Shown: positions 54,010 to 64,000 of the stretch, in pieces
How the letters are laid out: each line of letters opens with the position of its first letter
How positions within the stretch are numbered: position 1 is the stretch's first letter
NCBI GenBank assembly: GCA_013265495.1
Contig: MU057711.1
Span: forward strand, 992,001 to 1,056,000
Length of the DNA stretch: 64,000 nt
Origin: Vicugna vicugna
Lineage: Eukaryota
Direction of reading: 5' to 3'
The notes under the pieces: model-generated
Databases searched by the model: none
Told to the model about the DNA's origin: nothing
Seen by the model: only the letters and a program-made list of their open reading frames with translations
Program-made: the position numbers and the translations under genes

Positions 54010-54340
54010 ACTAACTCCCTAGGTCTGAATCCTGGCTCTCCCACTTAACTCGATGGGAAAACCTGGCTCCCTCGCGGGGAGGGAGTAGCTGCTTGGGGAG
54101 GGAAGGGAGTAGCTGAAGGTGTCTGAAGTAGGTATACGTCTGAAATGCTGATTCTGAAATGCTGATTTAGAGAGAAGGTGAGTCACCTCTTTGAGAGTTT
54201 CAGTTTCTCCAGCTGTTAATTCAAACACAGGAAGATAATAAAACCTATCTCACTGGATTTTTTAAAGGACTGTATTACTCAATCCTGAAATGTTTAACAT
54301 AACGTCTAATGTGCTTTAACCATTCAACAAATGTTAGTTG
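54010..54340 (+). mobile_element. MIR remnant (interrupted) carrying the ISRE-like site
   Basis: tctgaatcctggctctcccactta ... agtcacctctttgagagtttcagtttctccagctgt...ataataaaacctatctca. Confidence 0.6.
54179..54209. promoter_or_regulatory. Candidate AP-1 + ISRE element in intron 1
   Basis: TGAGTCA at 54179-54185 and AGTTTCAGTTTCTC at 54196-54209, which matches ISRE AGTTTCNNTTTCY. Confidence 0.5.
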
Positions 54341-54967
54341 GACACAAAATCAGCACAAGGAATAGTGCTATTTTTAACACTACGATTAAACGTCCCTATC
54401 TCTTCTTGATAGTCTCTGAGTATTGTACTACTATCATGGTTTTGTCAGATTCTCAAAGGGGACTGCCATCCCCGAAAGGTTCAGAACCCCTGCAGCGGAG
54501 ACCTCGGAAGAGAAAAGTGGCTGAGGTGGTGGGCCAGGAGGCTGCGGGCCCAGCCACCAGGCCCTGCGCACTAGCCCGCGGGCTGGGGGGGAAAGATAAC
54601 AACAGGCAGCACTCTCGGCGCCTTCACTCGGTGCCAGCCTCGGTGCCGCGCACTTTACACACACAACCTGCGCGAATCCCCGCAACGGCCCTCCGAGGCA
54701 GGGGCTTTGATCAGCGCCACTTCACAAATGGGGAAACTGAGGCGCCCGGGATGAAACAGCTAGCCCAAGGTCACAACGCTCGAGAGCTGAGAACGCAGGT
54801 CCACGGGCTCCGGAGACTGCGTTCTTACCACAGCGCTCGCTGCGGCCGCGCACGGAGAGCAGGGAGGAAGAGGGTGGGGGCGCTCAGGGACCCCGACGGA
54901 CGCAAGGCCGCGCGCGCGGGGCCCCGGCCGGGAAAGGCGATCGCGCGGGGGCGGCGGTCGGACTCAC

Positions 54968-55165
54968 CTTGGCGCTGTGCACCGCCTCCTGCGCCCCGCG
55001 GAGCTGCAGCCAGATCCGCGCGGGCAGAGGTTCCTCAGCCCCGAGCGCGCCAAGCACCGCCAGGCTCACGCCGAACAGGCCCTCGATGCGGCCGCGGCTC
55101 CGCTCCAGCAGCGCCGCCTTCTCGGCGGGCGCCGTGAACTCGTCAAGCACCGCCCGGGCCGCCAT
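54968..55165 (-). CDS. N4BP1: N4BP1 coding exon 1 (aa 1-66, start of KH-like region)
   Basis: Translates to MAARAVLDEFTAPAEK...AQEAVHSAK, the N4BP1 N-terminus. Perfect Kozak GCCGCCATGG. Donor AAG|GTGAGT at 54967. 198 nt, phase 0. Confidence 0.97.
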
Positions 55166-55418
55166 GGCGGCCGCGGCCTCCCGCGGCGGCGCCGGGGGCC
55201 GGCGGCGGCGACGCCCCCTCAGCGTGCTGCTCCGGCACCCGAGCCGGTCGGGCGGCGTCGGCCCTCCCGGCCGCCTCGCCCCGGCCCGCGCTCCGCCGCC
55301 TGACCGGAGGCCCGGCTACAACATCCCGCCGCGACCGCCGCAGCTAAGAAACTGCGGACGGAGAACCCCTCGGCCCCTCAGCAGCCGCCACCGCCGCCGC
55401 GGGTCGGGCCCCGCCGCC

Positions 55419-55520
55419 GCGCATGCGCCCCGCCCGCCGCCGTCATTGAAGCTCGCCGCTCCCTGGGGAGGGAGTAGGGCGGAGGCGACGGAAGTCGACG
55501 TCACGCGCAGTCGCCATGTT
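55419..55520. promoter_or_regulatory. TATA-less proximal promoter motifs: NRF1, GC boxes, ETS, CRE-like, YY1
   Basis: GCGCATGCGC 55419-55428; CCCCGCCC 55428-55435; GGGCGG 55477-55482; CGGAAGT 55489-55495; GACGTCA 55497-55503; CGCCATGTT 55512-55520. Confidence 0.75.
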
Positions 55521-57458
55521 CGTTGAGGGCAAAAGTACGGCTCGGGAGAGGGGCCTGGGCGTTCTTGTTTGGTGAGGGCACAACGCTTTGGGTGACCTGG
55601 TAGATGATGAATTTCTGGTTTTACATATGGGGCAATTGAGGCTCCGAGCTAGGAGATGGGACTGACCTAATGTCACACAAGGGATTTGTCGTGCCTTCAG
55701 ACATCTCTAAGCCAAACCTAGGGCTCTAGCAAATTGAGTTATCCAATTTCCTATTTACTGATAGACAGGTGACTCTCTTCCTCCCTCCCTCACTCTCCCT
55801 TCCTTTCCTTTGCCTTCCCTCTTTTATTTCCCTTCCCTTGTTTTTTCAGTAAAAATGGTAACAGGAAGAGAAGAAAATGGGAATAATGAGTATGGAGAAT
55901 TGAAAAGCAAAGGAATGATTAAGGAAAATTCAGGAGAGTGCTTTCTTCTGGGAGGGAAGGAGGGGGAATGTGTTATGGGAGAGGTACAAGAAGTGGGGAA
56001 TTAGGGGTCCTCCGTGATTTTAGTGGGGGACTTGGGCAAGTACACCCTAAGCCCTCTCCAGGTCTGTTTTCCCATCTGGGAAATTCAAGGGTTGCCCTCA
56101 GTTATCTCCAGAGTTTTTACAGATCTACGTTTTCTGAGTCCATGAAAATAGATTGTGGATGATGAAATGTTGGTTTCCTTTCTCGGGGCTAAATGTTGTG
56201 GATGTAGTAGATGGTTAGGCATCATGGGAATATTACTTAACTTGTCTAAGTCGTAATTCCTCCTTTGTGAATATGGGTAACAATAGTACTTCCTATTGTG
56301 AAAATTAATATAGTACCTGGACAGGGTAAATGATCACTAAATATTAGTTATTGTTATTGTTAAATTTGCAGTATATTTAAAGCTCCATTTTCATGGAAAA
56401 GCTTTGTGTGGATTATGCAACCATACTGAACTTGTGGGCCTGGGAGCCCCCTCCAATTGTGTGGATTCCCGCTTGAGGAGAAAGAAGGGGATCTAAAGAT
56501 GTTGCAGTTGGAAAGGCCAAGGGGGAATGGTCTTGGTAGGAGGGATTACCCAAGGTAAAACTCTCAAGGATCCGGGCTGCTGGGGTTTTCCATATGTCTC
56601 AGAAATTCAGGCAGGTGTGGTCTCCTGGTGCCCCACCGACGGATGAGTCAGCACAGGGACGAGAACCACTAGGCTCACAGACAGACAACTTCCTGCTCCC
56701 CTGGGCTTTTCCCTTGGTGTCCACCCAGCCTGCAGCCTTCCTCCCTCAGGTGAATGACCTGAGATTGGCTGAGGCAGTTCAGGTGGTGATTGTGGCCTTG
56801 CAGATAGATTGCACCCAGAGCTGGAGTCAACACAACATGTTATTTCCTGTCTTCTGGGTGCACTCACCTTAAATGGAGCTATTGTTAAGTGATTGGACAG
56901 GGCTTTCCCCAGGGCGGTTCCTGTTTGCTCCCAGTCACTTCCCTGGTAGTGATTGTTAACCGCTTGTTAGGGGTGAGGAGAAGCTACCTTGAAAAACACA
57001 CAACAGCTCTTTCCCCTACCCACCCCCCCAAAAAAAACGCCACCCTAAAACAACACAAATAGTACATACACACAACCATAAAGGAAAGTTGGGCTATTAC
57101 ACTGTGTTCATAAGTCACTGGGTTGGTATATCACCACAGATAGAGCTTTGGGTTTTTTTGCCCTGTTTAGAAGACTTGTTGGTTCATATCTGGTCAGCGT
57201 TTCCCTTTAGGGAACTCTTGAGGTTTCCTCAGTGTAGGGAACAAGGTGTGGGGGGGGTGAGGGGGAGAAATCCCCTTTTAAGAAACTCCCTTGCTTCCTG
57301 CAGTTTCTGAACCACATCTTCCGTTGGCTAGCCTTGCCTACCTGGCTGGCCTCACCACCCAGGACGATTGACACCAGGGATGAGGCCTTCATGGTGTCTA
57401 TATTCCAGACACTTTACCTATTTTTTCCCCTAATCTCCATAGCTACCCTATGAGAGAG

Positions 57459-57895
57459 TGTTGTGGGATGACTTATTTCCCCTTCTTGTATTTTCATGGT
57501 CGTGGGTGGGGGATGGATTCCCACTCTTTTCTCCAGCAGGGCTGACCCTGGAGGAAAACATGCAGCTACCGGCTTCCTCTTACCCACTCTCCCCCAGGGC
57601 AGGAGGAGGACTTCTCTCTAACTCCACCGAAGACGGCTGACCTGCTGACTTTCCGAGAAGGATCAGTGCTAGGTTGGGGCACCCTTCCCCCAGAGTGGGT
57701 GTGTTATTATCTGCTGTCTGCGGTCGCCCACTGTGTCAGTGACTGCGTGAAGTATTTTTGCCTCAGCCACATCCTCCAGGCAGCTTCGTCAGTAATAAAG
57801 ATGAGACTTCGATCTCTACCTGTCTGACACCTGCTTTTATTTCTCAGTTCTGAACGCAGGAGGGGCATAAAAAGTGTTTATTGGCTTCCTAAAAC
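57459..57895. mobile_element. Probable solo LTR inserted into a MIR
   Basis: TG start and internal AATAAA at ~57793. MIR sequence stops at ~57458 and resumes at ~57905. Family uncertain. Confidence 0.45.
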
Positions 57896-59303
57896 TTCAG
57901 CAGTGGTTGCTATTTTTATCATTCCTATTTTAAAGATGAAGAAAGAGAAGCATGGAGAAGTTCTAGAATGTTCCACAGAGCTGGTAAGTGAGGTGGTAGG
58001 AATAGACATTCGAATCCCAGCAGTCTGACCCTGTGCTGAGTGCTCCTGTGTGCTGTATGTGCAACTGGTCCCCTTTCCTGCCCTTGTCCACAGGCAAGCG
58101 AGAGATCATTCTGTTCTTGTGGCCAACCCCCTAGTGCTTAGGCCCTCCTTGCCTTGGGATGCTGTCAAAACCAGACAGACTGGCACACGTAATATTGCTT
58201 GACACACGCAATCAATGTGATAAACAGACCCAAGTTGGCGTATCTTCCTGGGTTCTTTGTTTTTGGTGTAATAACACCCAGGGCTTTGGAGTAAGAAACA
58301 GGAATCCAACTGTGCTTCAGCCACACACAGAGTGTAATACATTTGCAAACTGTCCTTTGTCTCTAGTCCAAGTCACCATCATCTCTCCCATGGAGAACTG
58401 CGGGGTCTCCCCCTCATTCTTCATGGTGTCTCTCTAAATTTCAGAAGTTACAACTGCTATAAGGTTGGGAGAAATTATTTACAAGTGTCGATGCTGTGGC
58501 CAGAGTAATCGTCTCAAACTAGAAATTTTACCTGTTAATATCTTGCTTAAGACCCTCCAAGAGCTCCCCCTTATGCTGAGAATAAAATTCAAACTCTTCC
58601 TTGGTTTGCAGCACTGTTTACCCCACCTCTACTCCTCCCTCCACCGGGCCCAGCTTGCTCTGCCTGAGGTTATTTCACGAGCTGTTTCTTCCTCCAGCTT
58701 TCTTTTTACTTTGTTATCTCCTGCCCATGCATTCGATCTCAGTTCAGGAGTGACTTGTTCAAAAATTTATTCACTGGCCCCCTCTGTGAGTCAATTCCCT
58801 TGTTCCCGGCTTGTGGGGGCTCTGTGGCCCCCTCGCTCATAGCACTAGGGCCAGTTTTACATGTACTGGTGTGATATGGTTGGTACCTGCCCATCTCCAG
58901 ATGTCATCAGAACTTCAGCCCCTGGGGGCCAGCGACCTGGGACTGGACTGAGCTAGAACTACACCAGGAATAGAGAGCAGGCCAGTATAAGCCCTTCAAT
59001 GGCTGGAGTGTGTGCCAAGGCAGAGAAGCACCTGCAGGGAGTGTGGGGTTGGAGCCTTCAGAACCTGGTGGGCCAGTTACAGATTTTGTGTTTCATCTTA
59101 AGTGCAGTGGGAAGCCTTCCCAGGTTTTTAAGCAGTGCATGCACTATTTATTTTATGCTCCAAGGTCTCTCTCCCTTTCCTGGGGGAGGAAGCATGGCAG
59201 GGACTGGAGCAGACCTGGGAAGAGCACTTAAGGTTATTGTTTCAGGAGAGAGATGATGGAGCTTCGGACCAGGGACGTAGGAGTGGAGACAGAGAGGGGA
59301 AAT

Positions 59304-59920
59304 GTTTTTTTTAATTGAAGTATAGTTGATTTACAATGTTGTGTTAATTTCTGGTGGACAGCATAGCAATTCACTAATACATATATATGTATTCTTTTCC
59401 ATTATAGGTATTACAAGATACCGAATATAATTCCCTGTGCTATACAGTAGGACCTTGTTGTTTATCTATTTTATATATAGTACTTAATGTCTACAAATCC
59501 CAAACTCCCAATTTATCCCTCCTCACCTCCCCTTTCCCCACTGGTAGCCGTAAGTTTGTTTTTCTCTGTCTGTGAGTCTGTCTCTGTTTTGTAAATAAGC
59601 TCATTTGTGCCCCCCCCCCTTTAAGATTCCACACGTAAGTGACATCATATGGTATTTTTTCTCTTTCTGGCTTATTTCACTTGGTATGAAAATCTCCAGA
59701 TCCATCAATGTTGCTGCAAATGGCATTATTTTATTCTTTTTTTTATTGCTGAGTAGTATTACATTGTATACATATACCACAACTTCTTTATCCAGTCATT
59801 TGTCGATGGACATTTAGGTTGCTTCCATGTCTTGGCTGTTGTAAATGGTGCTGCTGTGAACATTGGGGTGCATGTATCTTTTCAAACTAGAGTTCCTTCT
59901 GGATATATGCCCAGGAGTGG
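59304..59920 (-). mobile_element. Short 5'-truncated L1 3' end
   Basis: Homologous to 15572-16200. TSD GAGGGGAAAT at 59294-59303 and 59921-59930. Confidence 0.92.
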
Positions 59921-60256
59921 GAGGGGAAATTTGATAGGGATTTTGGTGGTAGCATCTTGACATTAAAGTACAGGGGGCTGGTTTACCCTTAGCTGCAGGA
60001 AAACCTTGGCACTTCTGCTGCTTCCCGTCATGTATTTTTCTCCCTTTACAATTCCTTTGCATTTTTGTCATCTATGCTATTGAAAATCCTCTAACAATTC
60101 AAACTGCTACAACTGTTGCAATATTGAGAGTTATTTATAAAACTCAGTCATCTTAGGTGGGAACACAGTTTCTGGGCTAAATGCTACTCCAAGGATTGCC
60201 TGCTTGCCAGCTCCCAGATGCTCCTAATTCACAGTATTTTCCATCACTCTTGACAG

Positions 60257-60486
60257 TAGGGTTTCTCAGCAGTGGCACAATCGACATTTGGGCAGATAAT
60301 TCTTTGTTGTGGGGCTGCCCTGTGGGTTATAAGATGTTTGGCAGCATCGCTGGCCTTACTCACTAGATGCCAGTAGCACCTCCCACCCCAATTGTGACAA
60401 CCATGAAAATATCTCTGGATATTACCTAATATCCCCTGAGGAAGCCAGGGGATTAACTCTCCCCACCCACACCAGAAGAACTGCTG
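60257..60486. mobile_element. MER20 (hAT-Charlie MITE)
   Basis: gggtttctcagc...gacatttgggcagataattctttgttgtgggg...cactagatgccagtagcacc. Confidence 0.8.
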
Positions 60487-60899
60487 GTCTACACAACAGG
60501 TTCAGAGAAAACCCAGTCCCTGGATCTGAGCTGGTTGGAATTCAGAGTCTGTCTCCTCATCCCTTCTGCATCCTCCCTGTGGGCCACACACACGCATCAA
60601 GTATAATGAAAGCTCCCTGAGTTCCCTCTGATTTGCTGTCCTGTCTATATTGGATGTGAAACAACACAGGTTAAGAGGGACCTGGTCAGTTGTGTGACCA
60701 CCAGGCAAGTGACTGGGCAACTGGACACCTGTTGCCCATCACTGCTTCTCATCAGCCTATCTGTGGAACACATTCTTGCCAGGTCTGCCTGGCTTTAAAG
60801 CCCAGCTTAAGTCTCACTTCTTCGTAATCCTTGTTGGCCTGCTCAACTTCCTGTGGCTGGTGAGGGCAATTAAATGACTGTTTGATTGGTTGGTTGATT

Positions 60900-61050
60900 G
60901 ATTGATTCATTCAACAAATATTTACTGAGCACCTACTATGTGTCGGGCATTGTTCTGAGTCCTGGGAATATAGCCTTAAACAAAGCAAAGTATTTGCTCT
61001 CATGAACTTCCTAGAAGGGAAGAGACAATAAATAAATGTGTCAGGGAGTA
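60900..61050 (-). mobile_element. L2 3' end
   Basis: attcattcaacaaatatttactgagcacctactatgtgtcgggcattgttc. Confidence 0.8.
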
Positions 61051-61090
61051 ACTGTTGGGGTTTCGAGGGCTCAGTATTCTATCCCGCATC

Positions 61091-61590
61091 TGTGGAAGGT
61101 AGTCTTCAAAGGTGGCCTTTCCCTTCCTGTATGTGCAGACTGCTCTTTACATCAAGAATCTGGGCGGGCTCTGTGACTGCACCGCCCAGTAGGATTCAGT
61201 AGGAGTGCTATTCCCAAGTTTCTGAGACCAACTTTTAAGAAGACTGTTAGTTTCTACTTCTTTCCTCTTGGAACACTTGCTTGTGGGACAGTCCTACTTG
61301 GAACCTAGTTGCCACGCCAAGAGGAAGCCCAATAACCATGTGGAGGAGAACCAAGACCCCCCACACCCCCTGCTGACAGCCCCAGACGAGCTCCCAGCTT
61401 GTGGCCAGCACCAAATACCGGCCATGTGAGTGAGGCCATTTTGTGCTTTCCAGCTGGTCCAGTGTCCCAGCTGACAACTTGGAAGCCAAAGAACTATCTG
61501 GTCAACCCACAGACTCATGAGAAACAGTAAATCGTTAAGTTAAGCTACTAAGCCTTGGGTGATTTGTTATGCAGCAATAGATAAGAAACA
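61091..61590. mobile_element. MaLR LTR (MLT1F/H-like)
   Basis: gccatgtgagtgaggccatt...aagctactaag...tttgttatgcagcaatagataa..aCA terminus. Confidence 0.75.
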
Positions 61591-64000
61591 CATCTAAATT
61601 CATAACCAATTGGCAGGCCAACATAGGAACCAGACAGAAATTTAAAGTAATAAATGATAATGTAGAATGGGGCATGCGGCTAGTTAGTTCTTTACTCATG
61701 AACTAGACAGAGTCCAGTGACTGGTACAGCTGGATACTCTTGAGCCTTCTCTTCTTCCCCTTCCCTCCTGGGCTGATGGGGAGGCTCCTTTCATGAAACA
61801 GGAATTTGCTCTCTGCACAAAGCCTGGCTCCCCAAGAAAAGGAGGCCGAGCTGAGCGTGATCAGTTTCTTTTCCCAAACTCATAGTCAGATAACTCAATC
61901 CTCCCGCAGAGGACGGGTAGGGAGGCTGAGAGAGATGGTCTGGCTGGTCTCCCTCCACAGGGAAATATGAAGGATGGAGAAGAGCGTGCCAACAGTGACA
62001 AAGATTCTGCAAAAGAGAAGCTGTGTTTGTGCCACTTTGCACAGGCTGGACAGGGAAGGCCTCTCTGACATTTGAGCAGGGACCTGGATGGGGAGCTGTG
62101 GGGACACCTGGGGAAGAGCTTCTAGGCAGAGAGGGGGTTAGCGTGTTTGCAGAGCAGCACGGAGGCCTGTGTGCCTGGAGCTGGGGGGTGGGCAGTGAGG
62201 AGAAGAGAAGGGATTGCCGTTGAAAGGTGGGCAGTGGAGAACACGCAGGCCTGGCGGACCTGGGAGGGATGTCAGACTTTATTTTATATGTGATGGGAAG
62301 TCATCAGAAGGTGGTCAATTTTCCTTGATAGATACAGCCTCCGAATCACAGAGGCTAGGGCTTCAGCGCCTGGTGGTCAGCCTTCCTGTCGTGGGAGGTG
62401 TGGGTGAGCCAAGGTGAAGGGGCGTCAGGGTTTATGTGCATTGGTGAGGCCGCCAAGCTGGGCTGGGGTGCAGGGAGGGGACTCCAGGTGTTCAGTCGTG
62501 TGCACTGCGATCGGGTCTAGATCGGGTCCAACACCTGGCTGGTTTCAGACCCTTTCAGAACAGAATGGCCAAACAAAAGTCATCTGCTTCATGAGAACTC
62601 TGAGCTGAGCCACTTGGGCAGTGGAATTTCAGACAACAAACTTCGTGGGTGTCTATGATGTTCAGGGCATCCGAAAGGCACGGGCAAGGGTGGGAGGGAG
62701 GGCAGTGATGACTAAGGTGGGCTCTGCTTGCTTTCCTGGAGGAGGACAAGGAAGGTGATGTCTTTGTAATGACAGGTAGGATGCTGTCACCACCACAAGG
62801 GAGTGCTGAGGGGCGGTCAGAAGAGGCAGAGAGCGCGTAGGAGGAGGGACTTGGCTGAGGTTGCTGTGGCATGGAACATACGCTATACAAACATACGTGT
62901 ATGTTTTAATTGCTGCTTTTCCACCTACGTGCATGTGTAACCCTACATGAGGAACTGGCTATGCACCCAGCACTTACAACAGTAGGTGTGCAGCAAATTA
63001 CTGATTGGCTGACTACACGAATGATCCTGTTTAGCTCCCACAGTCAACTCTGTGAAGTAAACATGATGCTTGTTTTACTGATGAGGAAACTGAGACTTAG
63101 GGAGGTTAAGGAACTTGTCTGAAGTCTTCACCGAGAGAAAGGGATAGAGGCAGAACTGGCCTAGCAGGTATGCAACATTAAAGGCTTCTCCGCAGAAGCA
63201 GGAGGGTGGGGGCGTGCCTTGGTTCCCCTCCAACTCTCTGGCAGGGTGATGTCTAAGGACCTCTTCACCCTGAGATGCTATCTTGTTTTACATAAGAGCT
63301 CCAGGGTTGGGCAGGCTCACAGAAACCGGGTCTCCACCCTTTTCCTGCAGCTTTCCAGAGTCAAAAATAACTTGCAGTTTCCGGAAGTATGTGCATCCTG
63401 CAGAAGGAACAAGGAATATCAGACAAGGTTCCCTTTGTTCTAAGACGGGGTGAAAAACGTAGTTGCCCCTCTGCCACTCCCCTCCCTTCTCTTCCATCTC
63501 CTCCTCTGGTCCCAGTCAGAATTCCTGGGAGAGCTTGTGCTGGAATCCTAGCTTTTCCTAAATTGTAGTAAGCACACCACGGATAGTATGGCAAAGAATT
63601 TTCACTGGGAAACAGCCCAACTTTTAAGGACTTGTAATTGTTATGTATTTATTTTTACAGCCCTGTTTTGGCAAGAAATAGCGAGCTTCCAGTTATTGTA
63701 CAAAAAAAAAGTTTCCTTTATGATTACATTTAACTTTAAAAAGTGAGTTAAGAAAAATGTTAACTGAAGAATTACTCGGGTGGTATGTAGATATGGCCAG
63801 AATCAGGAAGGGGGCATAAAGGACCCAAGTGTGGGAAATACTCCTCTCCACTCAGAACCCATTACACCGTCTTGAATGGAGGAGTATGCTAATACCGGCA
63901 AATCTTTTGGAGGAGCCACGTCTGTGGGTCTAAGGGCTGGCTCTAGGCTGGCCCAAGAACCGGCGGGTCGGAAGTCATGGCTCTTCCCTTCCTGTGTGAG

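Larger units (their letters stand above)
54480..55560. promoter_or_regulatory. CpG island covering the N4BP1 promoter, exon 1 and start of intron 1
   Basis: Very high GC and CpG density compared with the CpG-poor flanks. Edges approximate. Confidence 0.92.

Noticed and set aside
54331..55137. 268-aa plus-strand ORF
   Set aside because: Runs through MIR remnants and the CpG island antisense to exon 1. Low-complexity Arg/Ala/Pro sequence expected from GC-rich DNA.

Overview
Mammalian genomic DNA, probably a camelid (inferred from tRNA-derived SINEs resembling the camelid vic-1 type). The window holds one complete protein-coding gene, N4BP1 (NEDD4-binding protein 1: KH-like, UBA-like, NYN/PIN RNase and CoCUN domains), on the minus strand. 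Seven coding exons were assembled by hand, all with GT-AG boundaries and consistent phases: 55165-54968, 30571-28881, 21915-21785, 20293-20197, 13387-13280, 11611-11504, 9415-9058. Together they give 2691 nt, or 896 aa plus stop. The gene starts in a CpG-island promoter and has a long 3' UTR with several candidate poly(A) sites. The rest is intronic and intergenic DNA rich in transposons: L1s of several ages, HAL1, L2, MIR, MaLR/ERVL LTRs, and hAT and Tigger MITEs. I see no wholly new multi-gene system. The best leads are a 3-kb TSD-flanked L1 derivative that keeps the 5'UTR and ORF1 but lacks almost all of ORF2, an AP-1 + ISRE module inside a MIR in intron 1, a kB-site cluster upstream, a two-codon uORF, 3'UTR stem-loops and a poly(A)-only retrotransposition scar. 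Repeat family names come from recalled consensus sequences, not a database search, and repeat edges are approximate unless TSDs are given.
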